From an uncultured bacterium (lineage in GTDB: Bacteria > Chloroflexota > UBA5177 > JANWHV01), in assembly GCA_963827235.1 (NCBI GenBank), contig CAWHAE010000020.1, positions 160,001 to 224,000 of the forward strand: a stretch of 64,000 nucleotides of DNA, in the 5' to 3' direction. Position numbers and translations under genes: made by a program. The notes under the pieces were generated by a model, which saw only the letters and a list, made by a program, of their open reading frames with translations, was not told the origin of the DNA and did not search any database. Numbering within the stretch: the stretch's first letter is position 1; the number at the start of each line of letters is the position of its first letter. Below are positions 50,789-62,812 of the stretch, piece after piece.

Positions 50789-51850
50789 CTAGAAACCGGT
50801 GCTGAGCAGCGATGCCGCGTTGTCCTTGGTGTAGGTCAGGTCGGTGTTGACGATCTTGCCGGGGATCGGTTTGCCGGCGAAGTAGTCGTCGATCACCTTG
50901 AAGGTCGGCGGGCCGAAGTGCGGGTTGCATTGCACGCAGATCGTGACCACGCCTTGGGCCACCAGCGAGATGACCGCCTTCTGACCGTCCATCGAGCCGA
51001 TGTAGACCTTCTTGGTGAAGCCTGCCTGCTTCATGGCCTGAATTGCGCCCAGCGTCATGGCATCGTTGTGTGCGTAGATCAGGTCGATCTTGCTGCCGAA
51101 CTTGGTCAGCCAGCTTGTCATAATCTTCTTGGCCGTGGTCAGCGTGAAGTCGCCGTCTTGTGAGTCCAGCTGCGTGAAACGCTTCAGCGGGTCAATTACG
51201 CCATGGAAACCCTTGCCGCGGTCGATCGCCGGCGAAGCGCCGGTGCTGCCGCGAAGCTCCACGTAGTTGATCGCCGCGCTGCCCGTCGACTTGGCCAGGT
51301 AGTTGGCTACCTTTTGACCCTCGAGAATAAAGTTGGACTCGATCTCGGTAACGAACGTCGTGCCCGGCTTCTCGCCGGTGTCGCGGTCGATCAGGATGGC
51401 CGGCACCCCGGCGGCGAGGCACTTGGCGGTGGCGGCCCGCAGCGGCTGCACTTCGCGCGGCGTGATCACGATCAGGTCGGCCCCGGAGGCGATCATGTCG
51501 CCCACGTCGCTCACCTGCTTGTTGGTGTCGCTGTTGGCGATCGTGGACATGTAGTCGTAGCGGTCCTGCAGCGAAGCAGCGGTTGCCGCCATGCTGCTGG
51601 TCTCGGCAGTGCGCCAGCCGTTGTCCAGCTCAGACTGGGAGAAGCCGATCAGATACTTGACCTTCTTCTTCGCATGCGCAGGGGTGAGGTTAGGGTTCGT
51701 CGCCGCCATCACCTGCATGGCGTGGAATGGATCGAGGGCGGATGCCGCCACTGCCGCGGTGAGGCCCAGGCCCGCCGCGCCCCGCAGGAAATCGAACCGG
51801 TTGACCTTGCCGGCACGGAGGTCGGCAGCCAGGTTGTCTAGCTCACGCAT
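50789..51850 (-). CDS. Sugar ABC substrate-binding protein, YtfQ (galactofuranose)-like
   Basis: IGFSQSELDNGWRTAET, GASPAIDR, YAHNDAM; Tat-like leader NRFDFLR. Confidence 0.88.
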   Translation of the reverse strand: MRELDNLAADLRAGKVNRFDFLRGAAGLGLTAAVAASALDPFHAMQVMAATNPNLTPAHAKKKVKYLIGFSQSELDNGWRTAETSSMAATAASLQDRYDYMSTIANSDTNKQVSDVGDMIASGADLIVITPREVQPLRAATAKCLAAGVPAILIDRDTGEKPGTTFVTEIESNFILEGQKVANYLAKSTGSAAINYVELRGSTGASPAIDRGKGFHGVIDPLKRFTQLDSQDGDFTLTTAKKIMTSWLTKFGSKIDLIYAHNDAMTLGAIQAMKQAGFTKKVYIGSMDGQKAVISLVAQGVVTICVQCNPHFGPPTFKVIDDYFAGKPIPGKIVNTDLTYTKDNAASLLSTGF

Positions 51851-52042
51851 TACGTCTCATCCTTGACTAGTGCATCGCACGTTTAACGACACGTCCCAGA
51901 TGAATCTGCATTGCTCGTGCGCCGCGCGGACCCCGGTTCCTCCAGGCCGGGCAGCCCGACTGGTCGCAAGCGTGCCGCCGCATACGGCACCCAGCAGGGG
52001 ACTCCACGTGCCGATTGCCGAGAGTCCTTGATGCCGCGCTCA

Positions 52043-52232
52043 ATGCTAGGTGTGGGTAGATAGGTGGGTCAATGGGGGAATCTCCCGGTTTCGGGGGGGA
52101 ATTGCCGGTAATCCATGCCGCTGAGTCCGCGCTTGTCTGACATCCACGCTTCTTACACGGGAATAGATCCGGAGATTCTCAACCATATCGGCAAATTCCC
52201 TCCTTGATCCCGCGGCGGTTCCTCCCTATGCT
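52043..52232. promoter_or_regulatory. Divergent promoters, each with a direct-repeat pair abutting the -35
   Basis: Minus strand: TTGACC(52072)-18-TAGCAT. Plus strand: TTGATC(52204)-17-TATGCT. Shared CGG..A.ATTC(C/T)C repeats at 20-21 bp period. Confidence 0.65.
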
Positions 52233-52346
52233 GCGCAGGAGAGTTGCTGTAGGGGCCTCGTGCTATGCTAGGTGGCAGCAAATCGCGGGTGGCGCGGGTG
52301 TACTCGAACGGGAGCGCTGAATAGCGTGCGCGTGGGTCGAACAGGC

Positions 52347-54212
52347 ATGCGTCATCCCATCCCGCCGTGGCGGAGAGCAGGGCTGCGCACCCAGATCCGG
52401 CTGGCCTATATCGTGCTGCTCAGCGTGCCGCTCTTCGTCGTGGCGCTGGCCGCGTTCCAGACGTCGACAACCACGATCGAGCAGAATGCGCAGAGCTTCT
52501 CCGCACAGCTCACCGACGAGGTTCGCAACAATCTCGACACGTTCGTCGGCCAGGCCGAGCGACTCACCTATTGGCCGTTCCAGTCCGACGCCGTGCAACA
52601 GGTGCTTCGCGACTACCAGCACGGCGCGGCTGGCGGTCCCGGGCTCAACGACGTGCTGACCATGCGCGACGCGCTCGGCTACATCGGGCACAGCCGTTCG
52701 GACGTGGAAGGAATCTACGTGGTGACGCGCGGCGGCTCCCTGTTCAGCTGGCAGGCTTCCGGCGATCTGGTGCAGCACCCAAAGACCCTGGGCGCAACAT
52801 GGTACTCGCAGGCGCTCGTCGCGAGTCCCCGCACCGTGGTCTTGCCCACCGGCCGCCAGGAGCTGATTTCCGTTGCAACCGGCAAGGTGTTTTCGCTCGC
52901 GGCGACGCTGCGCGACCGCCACACCGGTGCCTTGCTGGGTGCCGTGCGCATCGACCTGGATGCGGATGCCCTGGCAAGCGTCGTGCAGCGCATCAGCCTC
53001 GGGCTGCAGGGGCGCCTGCTGGTGATCGCGCCCGGCGGCCAGGTCGTCTATCCCATCGATCCTAGCGGGCAGGAAACCACGCTGGCACGCATGATCGCCT
53101 CGCAACACGGCCGTACCGCCACTGGCCGGCTGCAGCTCGAGCTTGGGAGCTCGGACCTCCTGGCCACTTACGACACCGCCTCTTCCGGTCGGTGGATCGT
53201 GGCGGGCGTGGTGCCCACCGACCAGTTGCTGTCCGGCACCGGGCATTTGCGCACGCTCATCATCACCGTGGCGGTGGCCTGCATCGTGGCCGGGGCTCTG
53301 TTCGCCAGCTTCATTCTCGGCCGGCTGACCCGTCCCCTGGCCGAGCTACGTAATGCCATGCTCAGCGTCGAGGCGCACGGGGATCTTGACACCAGGATGA
53401 AAGTGCAGTCGAACGACGAGGTTGGGCAGCTGGCGCATAGCTTCAACACTATGCTCGACGAGATCCGGCGCTTGATCGACGACGTCCTTCGCGCTCAGAT
53501 CCACGAGCGCGAGGCAGAGCTGACAGCACTGCAGAACCAGATCAACCCGCATTTCCTGTACAACACCCTGGAATCGATCAACATGCTGGCTCTTACGCAC
53601 GGCGATCGAGACATCTCCCGCATGGTGACCTCGCTGGGCCGCCTTCTTCGCCTCTCCATATCCTCCCGCCAGGTGCTGATACCGCTCCGCCTCGAAGTCG
53701 ACTACGTGAACCATTACCTGACCGTGCAGCGCATGCGGTACGGCGATCGCATCGCCATGAATGTCGAGATCGACGAACCGCTGCTCGAGTTCACTCTGCC
53801 CAAGCTGACCCTGCAGCCGGTGGTCGAGAACGCGCTATACCACGGCCTGGAGCCGCAACGGGGCCGCGGCAGTCTCAGCGTCTCCGGCCGGCTGGTCGCG
53901 GGCGAGCTGGAGCTGACCGTGAGCGATGATGGAGTGGGCATGGATGCTTTCACTCTGGCCTCCGTGCAGAAGGATCTGGAGGAGGGCGCGGACCGAGAGG
54001 GGCGATCGCTTGGCCTGGCGAACGTGCAGGAACGGCTGAAGCTTTATTGCGGGCCCACCTACGGGCTGACTATTCGCAGCGAGCAGGGAAAGGGCACGTC
54101 GGTGAGCTTCCGCATCCCGCCTGTGCTGCGCCTGCCGGAGAATCAGGATACCCACGCTGGTGAACGGCCAAAGGACAACGGAAATGCTGCGACTGCTCAT
54201 AGCCGACGATGA
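52347..54212 (+). CDS. YesM-type sensor histidine kinase (Cache, HAMP, His_kinase)
   Basis: DEVGQLAHSFNTM, LQNQINPHFLYNTLE, LQPVVENA, DDGVGM. Confidence 0.93.
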   Translation: MRHPIPPWRRAGLRTQIRLAYIVLLSVPLFVVALAAFQTSTTTIEQNAQSFSAQLTDEVRNNLDTFVGQAERLTYWPFQSDAVQQVLRDYQHGAAGGPGLNDVLTMRDALGYIGHSRSDVEGIYVVTRGGSLFSWQASGDLVQHPKTLGATWYSQALVASPRTVVLPTGRQELISVATGKVFSLAATLRDRHTGALLGAVRIDLDADALASVVQRISLGLQGRLLVIAPGGQVVYPIDPSGQETTLARMIASQHGRTATGRLQLELGSSDLLATYDTASSGRWIVAGVVPTDQLLSGTGHLRTLIITVAVACIVAGALFASFILGRLTRPLAELRNAMLSVEAHGDLDTRMKVQSNDEVGQLAHSFNTMLDEIRRLIDDVLRAQIHEREAELTALQNQINPHFLYNTLESINMLALTHGDRDISRMVTSLGRLLRLSISSRQVLIPLRLEVDYVNHYLTVQRMRYGDRIAMNVEIDEPLLEFTLPKLTLQPVVENALYHGLEPQRGRGSLSVSGRLVAGELELTVSDDGVGMDAFTLASVQKDLEEGADREGRSLGLANVQERLKLYCGPTYGLTIRSEQGKGTSVSFRIPPVLRLPENQDTHAGERPKDNGNAATAHSRR

Positions 54213-55725
54213 GGAGCTGGTCCGTCGCGGGCTCGTGGCGGTGATCGCGCGTGACGCGCCCGAGATCGAGATCACCGGTACGGCGGTCGACGGCGAGGAT
54301 GCCCTGGAGCAGGCTCAGCGCGTGGTGCCCGACGCCGTGCTCACCGACATCCACATGCCGGGTGTGAACGGACTGGACCTGATTCAGCGTCTCCGTGCCA
54401 CGCATCCGCGCCTGCGCTGCGTGATCCTGAGCGGGTACGACGAGTTCGACTACGCGCGGCGCGCGGTCAGCCTTGGCGTGGCGGAGTATCTGCTCAAGCC
54501 CGTGGATCCCGACGAACTGCTCGCCCTGTTGCGGCGTATCGCTTCCGAGGTGGAGACCGAGCGCCGGGAGCGCCGGCTGCGCCAGGCCAGTGCCGGCATT
54601 ACACGCGAACAGAGCGCCAGGTGGCTGCTGGACGGCGTCCCGGTGGATGACGAGCTGCTCGCCGGTGCCTTCCCTTCGGCCCCGGCCTGGGGGTTGGCCC
54701 TCATCCAGAACCCGAGCACCGCTGAGGATCGTCAGACTCTGCGCGACGCCTGCGAGGCCGGGCTGGAACACAGCGTGCTGGTCGACGATGCGTACGGCTA
54801 CTTGTGCGTCCTGGTGCCCCTCCCGGACAGCGATCTGGCTACTGCCGCCGCGATGGGCTCCCGTCTGAGCAGTGCCTTGCAGGAGCGCCAAATCGCCTCC
54901 GCCGTGACCGTGGGCCGTCCATCGACAGATCTGGTCGGGGTCGGAGACGCGCACGGCGAGGCCCTGGAAGCAGCGGAGTATCACAGCATCGGTGCGGGCT
55001 CCGCGACCCTGCTGAGCTGGGACGTGCTCTCGCAGTCGGCGGAGCGCTGGCCGGCGGTATCGCCGGAACGCCGGGACGCCCTGCTGGAAGCCGTAGCTCA
55101 AGGCCTGGAGGCCGACGCCCAGCGCGAAGCGCGCGAGTTCGTCGCCTACGCTCGCGCGCACGTGCCTCCCGGCGGTTTTCGTGCCCTGTGGTCCGAGATC
55201 GTGGTGCTGCTGGTCAACCGCGTGCAACAATTTGGGGTGCGGGCGGATGCGCTGCTTGAGCCCCGACAGGATCTTCGCAGCCTGCTCGCCGCGCCGACCG
55301 ACGTCGCCCGGCAGGAGGAACAGCTGGTGTCGCTGGCGGCACGGGCGGCACGGGAATGCTGGCGTGTGCGCACGCAGCATTCGCCGCGCGCGACTATCCG
55401 GGAGCTGCGGGAATACATTGCCGATCACCTGGCAGACGATCTGACGATCGCCGTCCTGGCGCAGCGCATGCACCTTACCGCCAAGTACCTGGGCGAGGTC
55501 TTCAAGCAGAGCACGGGCGAGTCGTTAGGTGAGTACATCATTCGAGCGCGGATCAAGCGCGCCTGCGATCTGCTCGGCACGACGTCTCTCAAGGTGCACG
55601 TGATCGCTGAGCACGTGGGCTATGGCGATCCTAAGCACTTTGCCACCATGTTCCGCTCCTTGGTAGGCGTCTCACCGGTCGAGTATCGCGGACAATGCCG
55701 GGTTCGGCAGGAAGGTGAGACCTGA
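54184..55725 (+). CDS. YesN-type response regulator with AraC output domain
   Basis: LLIADDE, TDIHMP, LSGYDEFDYA, YLLKP; C-terminal VGYGDPKHFATMFRSLVGVSPVEYR. Confidence 0.93.
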   Translation: MLRLLIADDEELVRRGLVAVIARDAPEIEITGTAVDGEDALEQAQRVVPDAVLTDIHMPGVNGLDLIQRLRATHPRLRCVILSGYDEFDYARRAVSLGVAEYLLKPVDPDELLALLRRIASEVETERRERRLRQASAGITREQSARWLLDGVPVDDELLAGAFPSAPAWGLALIQNPSTAEDRQTLRDACEAGLEHSVLVDDAYGYLCVLVPLPDSDLATAAAMGSRLSSALQERQIASAVTVGRPSTDLVGVGDAHGEALEAAEYHSIGAGSATLLSWDVLSQSAERWPAVSPERRDALLEAVAQGLEADAQREAREFVAYARAHVPPGGFRALWSEIVVLLVNRVQQFGVRADALLEPRQDLRSLLAAPTDVARQEEQLVSLAARAARECWRVRTQHSPRATIRELREYIADHLADDLTIAVLAQRMHLTAKYLGEVFKQSTGESLGEYIIRARIKRACDLLGTTSLKVHVIAEHVGYGDPKHFATMFRSLVGVSPVEYRGQCRVRQEGET

Positions 55726-56992
55726 GGTGCTGCTCACGCGGCGCGAGGCGCTGCTGGCCGCCGCCGCCTCGCTGGCCGCTGCCGGTGAGGCGCGCACTCG
55801 CACTCGGGCCGCCGCCATCCCGGTGAGCTTCTGGGGTGGATGGACCGGACCAGATGGCCTGGTCATGCAACGGCTCGTCGCGCGCTTTAACGCCGAGGTG
55901 GACGACGTCGAGGTGACGCTCACGCTCTACAACTGGGACCTGATCTTCGACCGCTGGCGCCAGGAGTTCTACGGAGGCTCCCCGCCCGACCTTGTCGGCA
56001 TCCACGCCAGCGAGGTCGCCGAGTACGCGGGGAACGGCATGCTGCGCGAGATTGGCGCCGAGGCACGTCGCATGGACCTGTCGGCCGGGCAGTTCCTGCC
56101 GGTGGTCTGGAGGAAGTGCCTGGTGGAGAACGGACTCTATGCCGTGCCGCTCGACGTGCATCCACTTGGCCTGTACATTAACGCTCGATCGGCCCGTCGG
56201 GTTGGGCTCGATCCCAGCCGTCCGCCGGCCACAGGCGCCGAGCTGTTGAGCTGGGCTTCCCGCCTGACCAGCCACGGGCGTGGCACGTGGGGACTGGCCG
56301 CTCCCGCGGGCGACGTGGAGTGTTTCCGTCAGTGGTATTGCCTGCTCTACCAGTACGGCGGGCAGTTCATGGACGATGCCGGCACACGGTGCGTGGCGGA
56401 CAGCCCGGAAGGCACGCAGGCGTACAGCTTCCTGCGCGACTTGATCGTGCGCTGGCGAGTGGCTATGCCCGCGGAGGCGTCGCCGGACGCGGATTTCCTG
56501 GCCGGCCGGCTGGCCATGTACGTGCAAGGGCCGTGGTACATCCGTGGGGCGCTGCAGGCCGGCATCGACCTGGTCACGGCTCCTATGCCGCGCGTCGGCA
56601 GGCGGGACTTGGTTTGGGCCAACTCTCACGTGCTGGCTGTGGTGAATACCGAGGACGCGACGCGAGCCGCCGCTGCCATGCGCTTCATCGGATGGCTGCA
56701 TGCACACGCGCTGGACTGGGCAGAGGCTGGGCAGGTGCCCGCTTCCAACGCGGCCCGCTCACGGCTCTCCGGCGCCTCCGTGTGGCCCTACCTCCGCCCG
56801 TACGCGGCACAGGTGTCGCGGGTCGTCTATCAACCGAGCTTGCCGGATGCGGCACAGCTCTTCGCGGAGCAGGCGCTAACGCCGCTGACCAGCGCCACGC
56901 GGGCCGTCATGCTGGGACAGGAGACACCCGCACAGGCCGTCCGCATCATGAGCGACCAGGTGAATCAGGCGCTTGCAGCGCCGGCGACCTGA
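55715..56992 (+). CDS. Family-1 (oligosaccharide-type) solute-binding protein with Tat signal; no cognate permeases
   Basis: TRREALL signal; FWGGWTGPDG, PPDL, LYAVPLD, AMYVQGPW; overlaps the regulator's stop. Confidence 0.88.
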   Translation: MRPEVLLTRREALLAAAASLAAAGEARTRTRAAAIPVSFWGGWTGPDGLVMQRLVARFNAEVDDVEVTLTLYNWDLIFDRWRQEFYGGSPPDLVGIHASEVAEYAGNGMLREIGAEARRMDLSAGQFLPVVWRKCLVENGLYAVPLDVHPLGLYINARSARRVGLDPSRPPATGAELLSWASRLTSHGRGTWGLAAPAGDVECFRQWYCLLYQYGGQFMDDAGTRCVADSPEGTQAYSFLRDLIVRWRVAMPAEASPDADFLAGRLAMYVQGPWYIRGALQAGIDLVTAPMPRVGRRDLVWANSHVLAVVNTEDATRAAAAMRFIGWLHAHALDWAEAGQVPASNAARSRLSGASVWPYLRPYAAQVSRVVYQPSLPDAAQLFAEQALTPLTSATRAVMLGQETPAQAVRIMSDQVNQALAAPAT

Positions 56993-57004
56993 CTCGCTCG
57001 TTTG

Positions 57005-58070
57005 GCTGCGCGATTCATATCCCACAAGACGACGCTCAAGTACCACCCGTTCTCGGTTCCCGGCAGTGCCGACTACAACCGCACCATGGCCGGCTGGCTG
57101 CGCTATGTCCTCGCGCCTGTAAGCTACGCTACGCGCGCACTGGGCACTACCACCGGCAAGGACAAGCGATTTGACCTGGAGATCTGGAACGAGCTGAGCG
57201 AGAGCCCTCACTTCCTGTTCATCACGACTACTACGGTCGCGTGGTCTACAACTACGACGAGCAGAGCATCTACCGCAATCTCCTCCTTGCGACCACGCAC
57301 TACATAGCCACCCACCCGGCCGAGTTCGAGGGCGTGAAGGTGGGCGACGGTATTGCCAGCAACATTCCCTGGCCCGCGGCGTCGACGGAGCCGCTTCAGA
57401 TCAACGCCATCGACAAGCATCTATACGAGCGGCGCATTACCGACCCGCGCTCCACCTCGCCGCTAATGGCCTTCGATCGATCGGTGATCGATATCTGGAG
57501 CAAGGTCCACCTCGACGCCCTGGGCCGGCGAGACTCCTCGCGGTGTGAGCCATCGTACTCCGCCTTCTTCCCTGAGTGTTTCGGCACGTTCCTGCGCACG
57601 GACAGCGTCGTTCGCGACATGTCGCCGATCACCACCACGATTGACGGCGTGGCTCATGGCCAGTTCGCCCGCGTCGTGGACGGCAAGGTGGTACCGACCG
57701 CCCTCTGGGTGACGGAGGTCGGAATGACCATCAGACAGGACTGGCCGCCGATCACGGAGGGTCGCGAGCTCTACGTGGAAGCTAAGGCCGATGCGCGATA
57801 CTACTGTTTCTACCTTGGCAAAGGGGCGACCCAGCTGGACCTGTACGCGGCAGTCGATCCGGACAGCGGCCTGCTGCTACCGATCTTCCTCTTGCTTGCC
57901 GCTAAGCCTCACGCAACCTAGCCAAAGAACGACGCTCCTTACACTCCGCGGCCCTCGTGGTCACCGAACGCATCGTTCAGAAGATGCGACAATCCCTCGA
58001 CGCCAAATTGACCCTCACGCTCAAAACAGCGGACTACCCATACCTGCTGACCATTCAGGAGAGCCGGTAG
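57005..58070 (+). pseudogene. Fragmented clan GH-A-like glycoside hydrolase remnant
   Basis: EIWNEL and WVTEVG motifs in different frames; shift near 57230; stop at 57921; a further tail ...TADYPYLLTIQESR* to 58070; no N-terminus. Confidence 0.55.
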
Positions 58071-58162
58071 AACGCTCAAACCCTGTCGGCTCCGTCACAG
58101 GCATTGGCGATGCCGGCAGTGCGCGTGCCGGTCGCGCCTGGCCGGGAAGCGCTGTGCACGCT

Positions 58163-58858
58163 TCAGCCGAGCATTCCGCCGTGGAACCGCCGCAGGCAGC
58201 CCTCCCACATGATCGGGGCGGTATCGCAGCGGTCGAGCTGGGCCGCAAAGTCGACGTCGACAGCGCGGCCCTTCAACAGCAGCTCACGTCCACTGCCGCA
58301 GTCGCGGAGCAGCCATTGCAGTCGATCTCGGCAACCGCGAAAGGCATGTTCGCACGCGAAAGCCTCCGGTGACTTGTCGAAGGGGAGACGAGACAGGATC
58401 GCGCCTGCGCCCAGGTAGTCTTCCAGGGCGAACCGGAGTGCTCCATCCTCGCTTGCTTCGCGCCGGCGCTCGCCGCAGGCAATGACCGTTACCGCCAGGT
58501 TCAATCTGTTTGCTGCGAGCTCGACCGCGGCGGACACGGTCGAGGCGTTGACCAACGAGCCTGCAAACAGGTACGGCGCCTCCCGGCCGTGGATGGCGCA
58601 CAGGGCGCCGTTCGGCGAGGCCAGCGTCAGGCGCTCTCCCGCCGCCGCGGATTCCAACGGCCGGTGGCCGGCGACAGGAGAGCTGGGGACCACGTAGGCC
58701 CCCTGTTGGACGGCTACTGCCGTCGCGGTGGAAAAGCGCAAGACGTCGACGACCACCAGGACATCGCCGCGTGCGGCCGCGCGACGCGCGCCATCCCATC
58801 CCCAGTCCAGGCGACAACGATAGCTCACTTGGTCGAAGCAGTTGGGTGGCAGGTGCAT
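58163..58858 (-). CDS. comB: 2-phosphosulfolactate phosphatase family protein
   Basis: VVVDVLRFST, LASPNG, GSLVNA, VIACGE, EDYLGAG, CGSGREL. Confidence 0.85.
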   Translation of the reverse strand: MHLPPNCFDQVSYRCRLDWGWDGARRAAARGDVLVVVDVLRFSTATAVAVQQGAYVVPSSPVAGHRPLESAAAGERLTLASPNGALCAIHGREAPYLFAGSLVNASTVSAAVELAANRLNLAVTVIACGERRREASEDGALRFALEDYLGAGAILSRLPFDKSPEAFACEHAFRGCRDRLQWLLRDCGSGRELLLKGRAVDVDFAAQLDRCDTAPIMWEGCLRRFHGGMLG

Positions 58859-59000
58859 ACAGGCAATATACGCTCGGCGCCTTGACCGGTGCCGGCACCG
58901 CTCGTCGCGACCTGCCTCGCGGACCGAATGAAGCGTGTGTTGGGAAACCGGCAACAAACCGGCGAGGAGCGCGAGATGTGCTGAAGAATCGGCCCCAAGC

Positions 59001-59033
59001 AAGAAGAAGGCCCCTCGACTGAGGCGCCTTCTT
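59001..59033 (-). terminator. Hairpin terminator after the tRNA pair
   Basis: AAGAAGGCGCCTC-AGTC-GAGGGGCCTTCTTCTT immediately after tRNA-Gly. Confidence 0.6.
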
Positions 59034-59036
59034 AGC

Positions 59037-59111
59037 TGGAGCGGAAGACCGGGATCGAACCGGCGACCCTCTCCTTGGCAAGGAGATGCTCTACCACTGA
59101 GCCACTTCCGC
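59037..59111 (-). tRNA. tRNA-Gly(GCC)
   Basis: GCGGAAG/CTTCCGC stem, loop TTGCCAA, GTTCGATCC, CCA. Confidence 0.97.
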
Positions 59112-59115
59112 ATCG

Positions 59116-59191
59116 TGGTGCCGAGACCCAGATTTGAACTGGGGACACCCGCATTTTCAGTGCGGTGCTCTACCAACTGAGCTATCTCGGC
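59116..59191 (-). tRNA. tRNA-Phe(GAA)
   Basis: GCCGAGA/TCTCGGC stem, loop CTGAAAA, GTTCAAATC, CCA. Confidence 0.97.
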
Positions 59192-59252
59192 ACGCCACCT
59201 GCCGATAAACCATAGCTGAGCCGGCAAGCCGGCACTGCTCGCGACAAGGGTT

Positions 59253-59281
59253 AGTTTACTCAGCATGCCTGGTCGTGTCAA
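59253..59281 (-). promoter_or_regulatory. Promoter of the tRNA-Phe/Gly pair
   Basis: TTGACA-17 bp-TAAACT. Confidence 0.75.
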
Positions 59282-59437
59282 GCCTCGCCAAAGGGCTCTG
59301 GGACCTGTGCCCCGCCCGCCTGGCTCGCTCGCGGCACCCCGAATTGCGGGCGATCCGTAGTGAGAACCATTCTCGATCGGTGCTCGTCGCTCGGCGAGGA
59401 GGGGGTGAAATCTGGTATACTTAAGTGCGGTAAATAG

Positions 59438-61501
<2,064 letters not shown>

Positions 61502-61748
61502 CAGGCGAGTCCGTGAACCCCCGGCGGTGCCGACCGCCGGGCAAGTTGCGCCGCTGCCACACGTGTTTGCGCCGGGGGCCCGCTGGGCCCAGGGCCATTC
61601 AGTGGTTTCCGGTCAGACGCCGCCGTGCCACATGTGCCGGTGCCAGCCCGTTCCGGCAACAGAGCGGCGGCGGCGCTTTGATTAGGCGGCACGGTGCCGG
61701 AACGCTGCTTCTCTCTATAATGGCTGAGGGGGAAGCGAGAGTGAGGAA

Positions 61749-62801
61749 ATGAGCGCAGCAGTCGCTGGGTTACCCGTTGCGCTCGACGCGATGGGGGGTG
61801 ATCGCGCGCCGGCCGAACCGGTTGCCGCTGCGATAACGGCCGCGCGCGATTACGGCGTCGGTGTGCGTCTGGTCGGCGATGAGCAGCAGCTCAGATCGGA
61901 GCTGGCCAGGCAGGGCCACACGCCGTCAGGTGTCACTATCGTTCACGCACCCGAGACGATCGAGATGCACGAGCACGCCGCGAAGGCCCTCCGCGCGAAG
62001 CCCAACGCCTCATTGCCCGTCGCTGTCGGCATGGCGCGAGATGGTCACGCCTGCGGCGCGGTGTCATGCGGCAACAGTGGCGCCATCATGGCGGCGGGCA
62101 TCTTCATCCTCGGGCGCCTACCCGGGATCGATCGGCCCGCCTTCGGAGGCGTCGTACCCACCAGGACGGGTCAGGCATTCCTGGTCGACATGGGTGCCAA
62201 CTCCGATTGCAAGCCGCAGTGGCTTCTGCAGTTCGCCCGCATGGGCGCGATCTACATGCGCGAGGCGCAGGGTGTGGCGAACCCCCGCGTGGGCCTGGTC
62301 AGCAACGGCTCCGAGGAAGGGAAGGGCTCTGTCCTCACGCTGGCCGCCTTCGACCTCATTCGCCAGAGCGGCCTGAACTTCGTGGGCAATGTCGAATGCA
62401 ACGGCATCGCCAAGGGCGTGGCGGACGTGGTCGTCTGCGACGGCTTCACGGGCAACGCCATTCTCAAGACCATGGAAGGCACGGCAGGCGTGATCACGGG
62501 CCTGCTGCGGGAAACGCTGCAAAGCTCGCTGCGGGCCAGGATCGGTGCGCTGCTGGTCAGGCCGGCGCTGGAGACGATGCGTGCTCGCGTCGATTACGCG
62601 GAATACGGGGGCGTGCCGGTGCTCGGCGTCGATGGGATCCTGATTAACTGCCACGGCCGTTCCAAGGCGCGCGCCATCGTGCAGGGTATTCGGCTAGCGG
62701 ATCGCATGGCTCGAGCGGACTTGGCGGGTGCCATCCGGCGTGAGCTGTCCAAGCTCGGGTCGCCGGAGGAGGCGCCATCGCTTGCAGCGCCTCCTGACTG
62801 A
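61749..62801 (+). CDS. plsX: Phosphate acyltransferase PlsX
   Basis: ALDAMGGD, IDRPA, DMGAN, GSEEGKG, DVVVCDGFTGN, CHGRS. Confidence 0.96.
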   Translation: MSAAVAGLPVALDAMGGDRAPAEPVAAAITAARDYGVGVRLVGDEQQLRSELARQGHTPSGVTIVHAPETIEMHEHAAKALRAKPNASLPVAVGMARDGHACGAVSCGNSGAIMAAGIFILGRLPGIDRPAFGGVVPTRTGQAFLVDMGANSDCKPQWLLQFARMGAIYMREAQGVANPRVGLVSNGSEEGKGSVLTLAAFDLIRQSGLNFVGNVECNGIAKGVADVVVCDGFTGNAILKTMEGTAGVITGLLRETLQSSLRARIGALLVRPALETMRARVDYAEYGGVPVLGVDGILINCHGRSKARAIVQGIRLADRMARADLAGAIRRELSKLGSPEEAPSLAAPPD

Positions 62802-62812
62802 GGCCGATCGGG

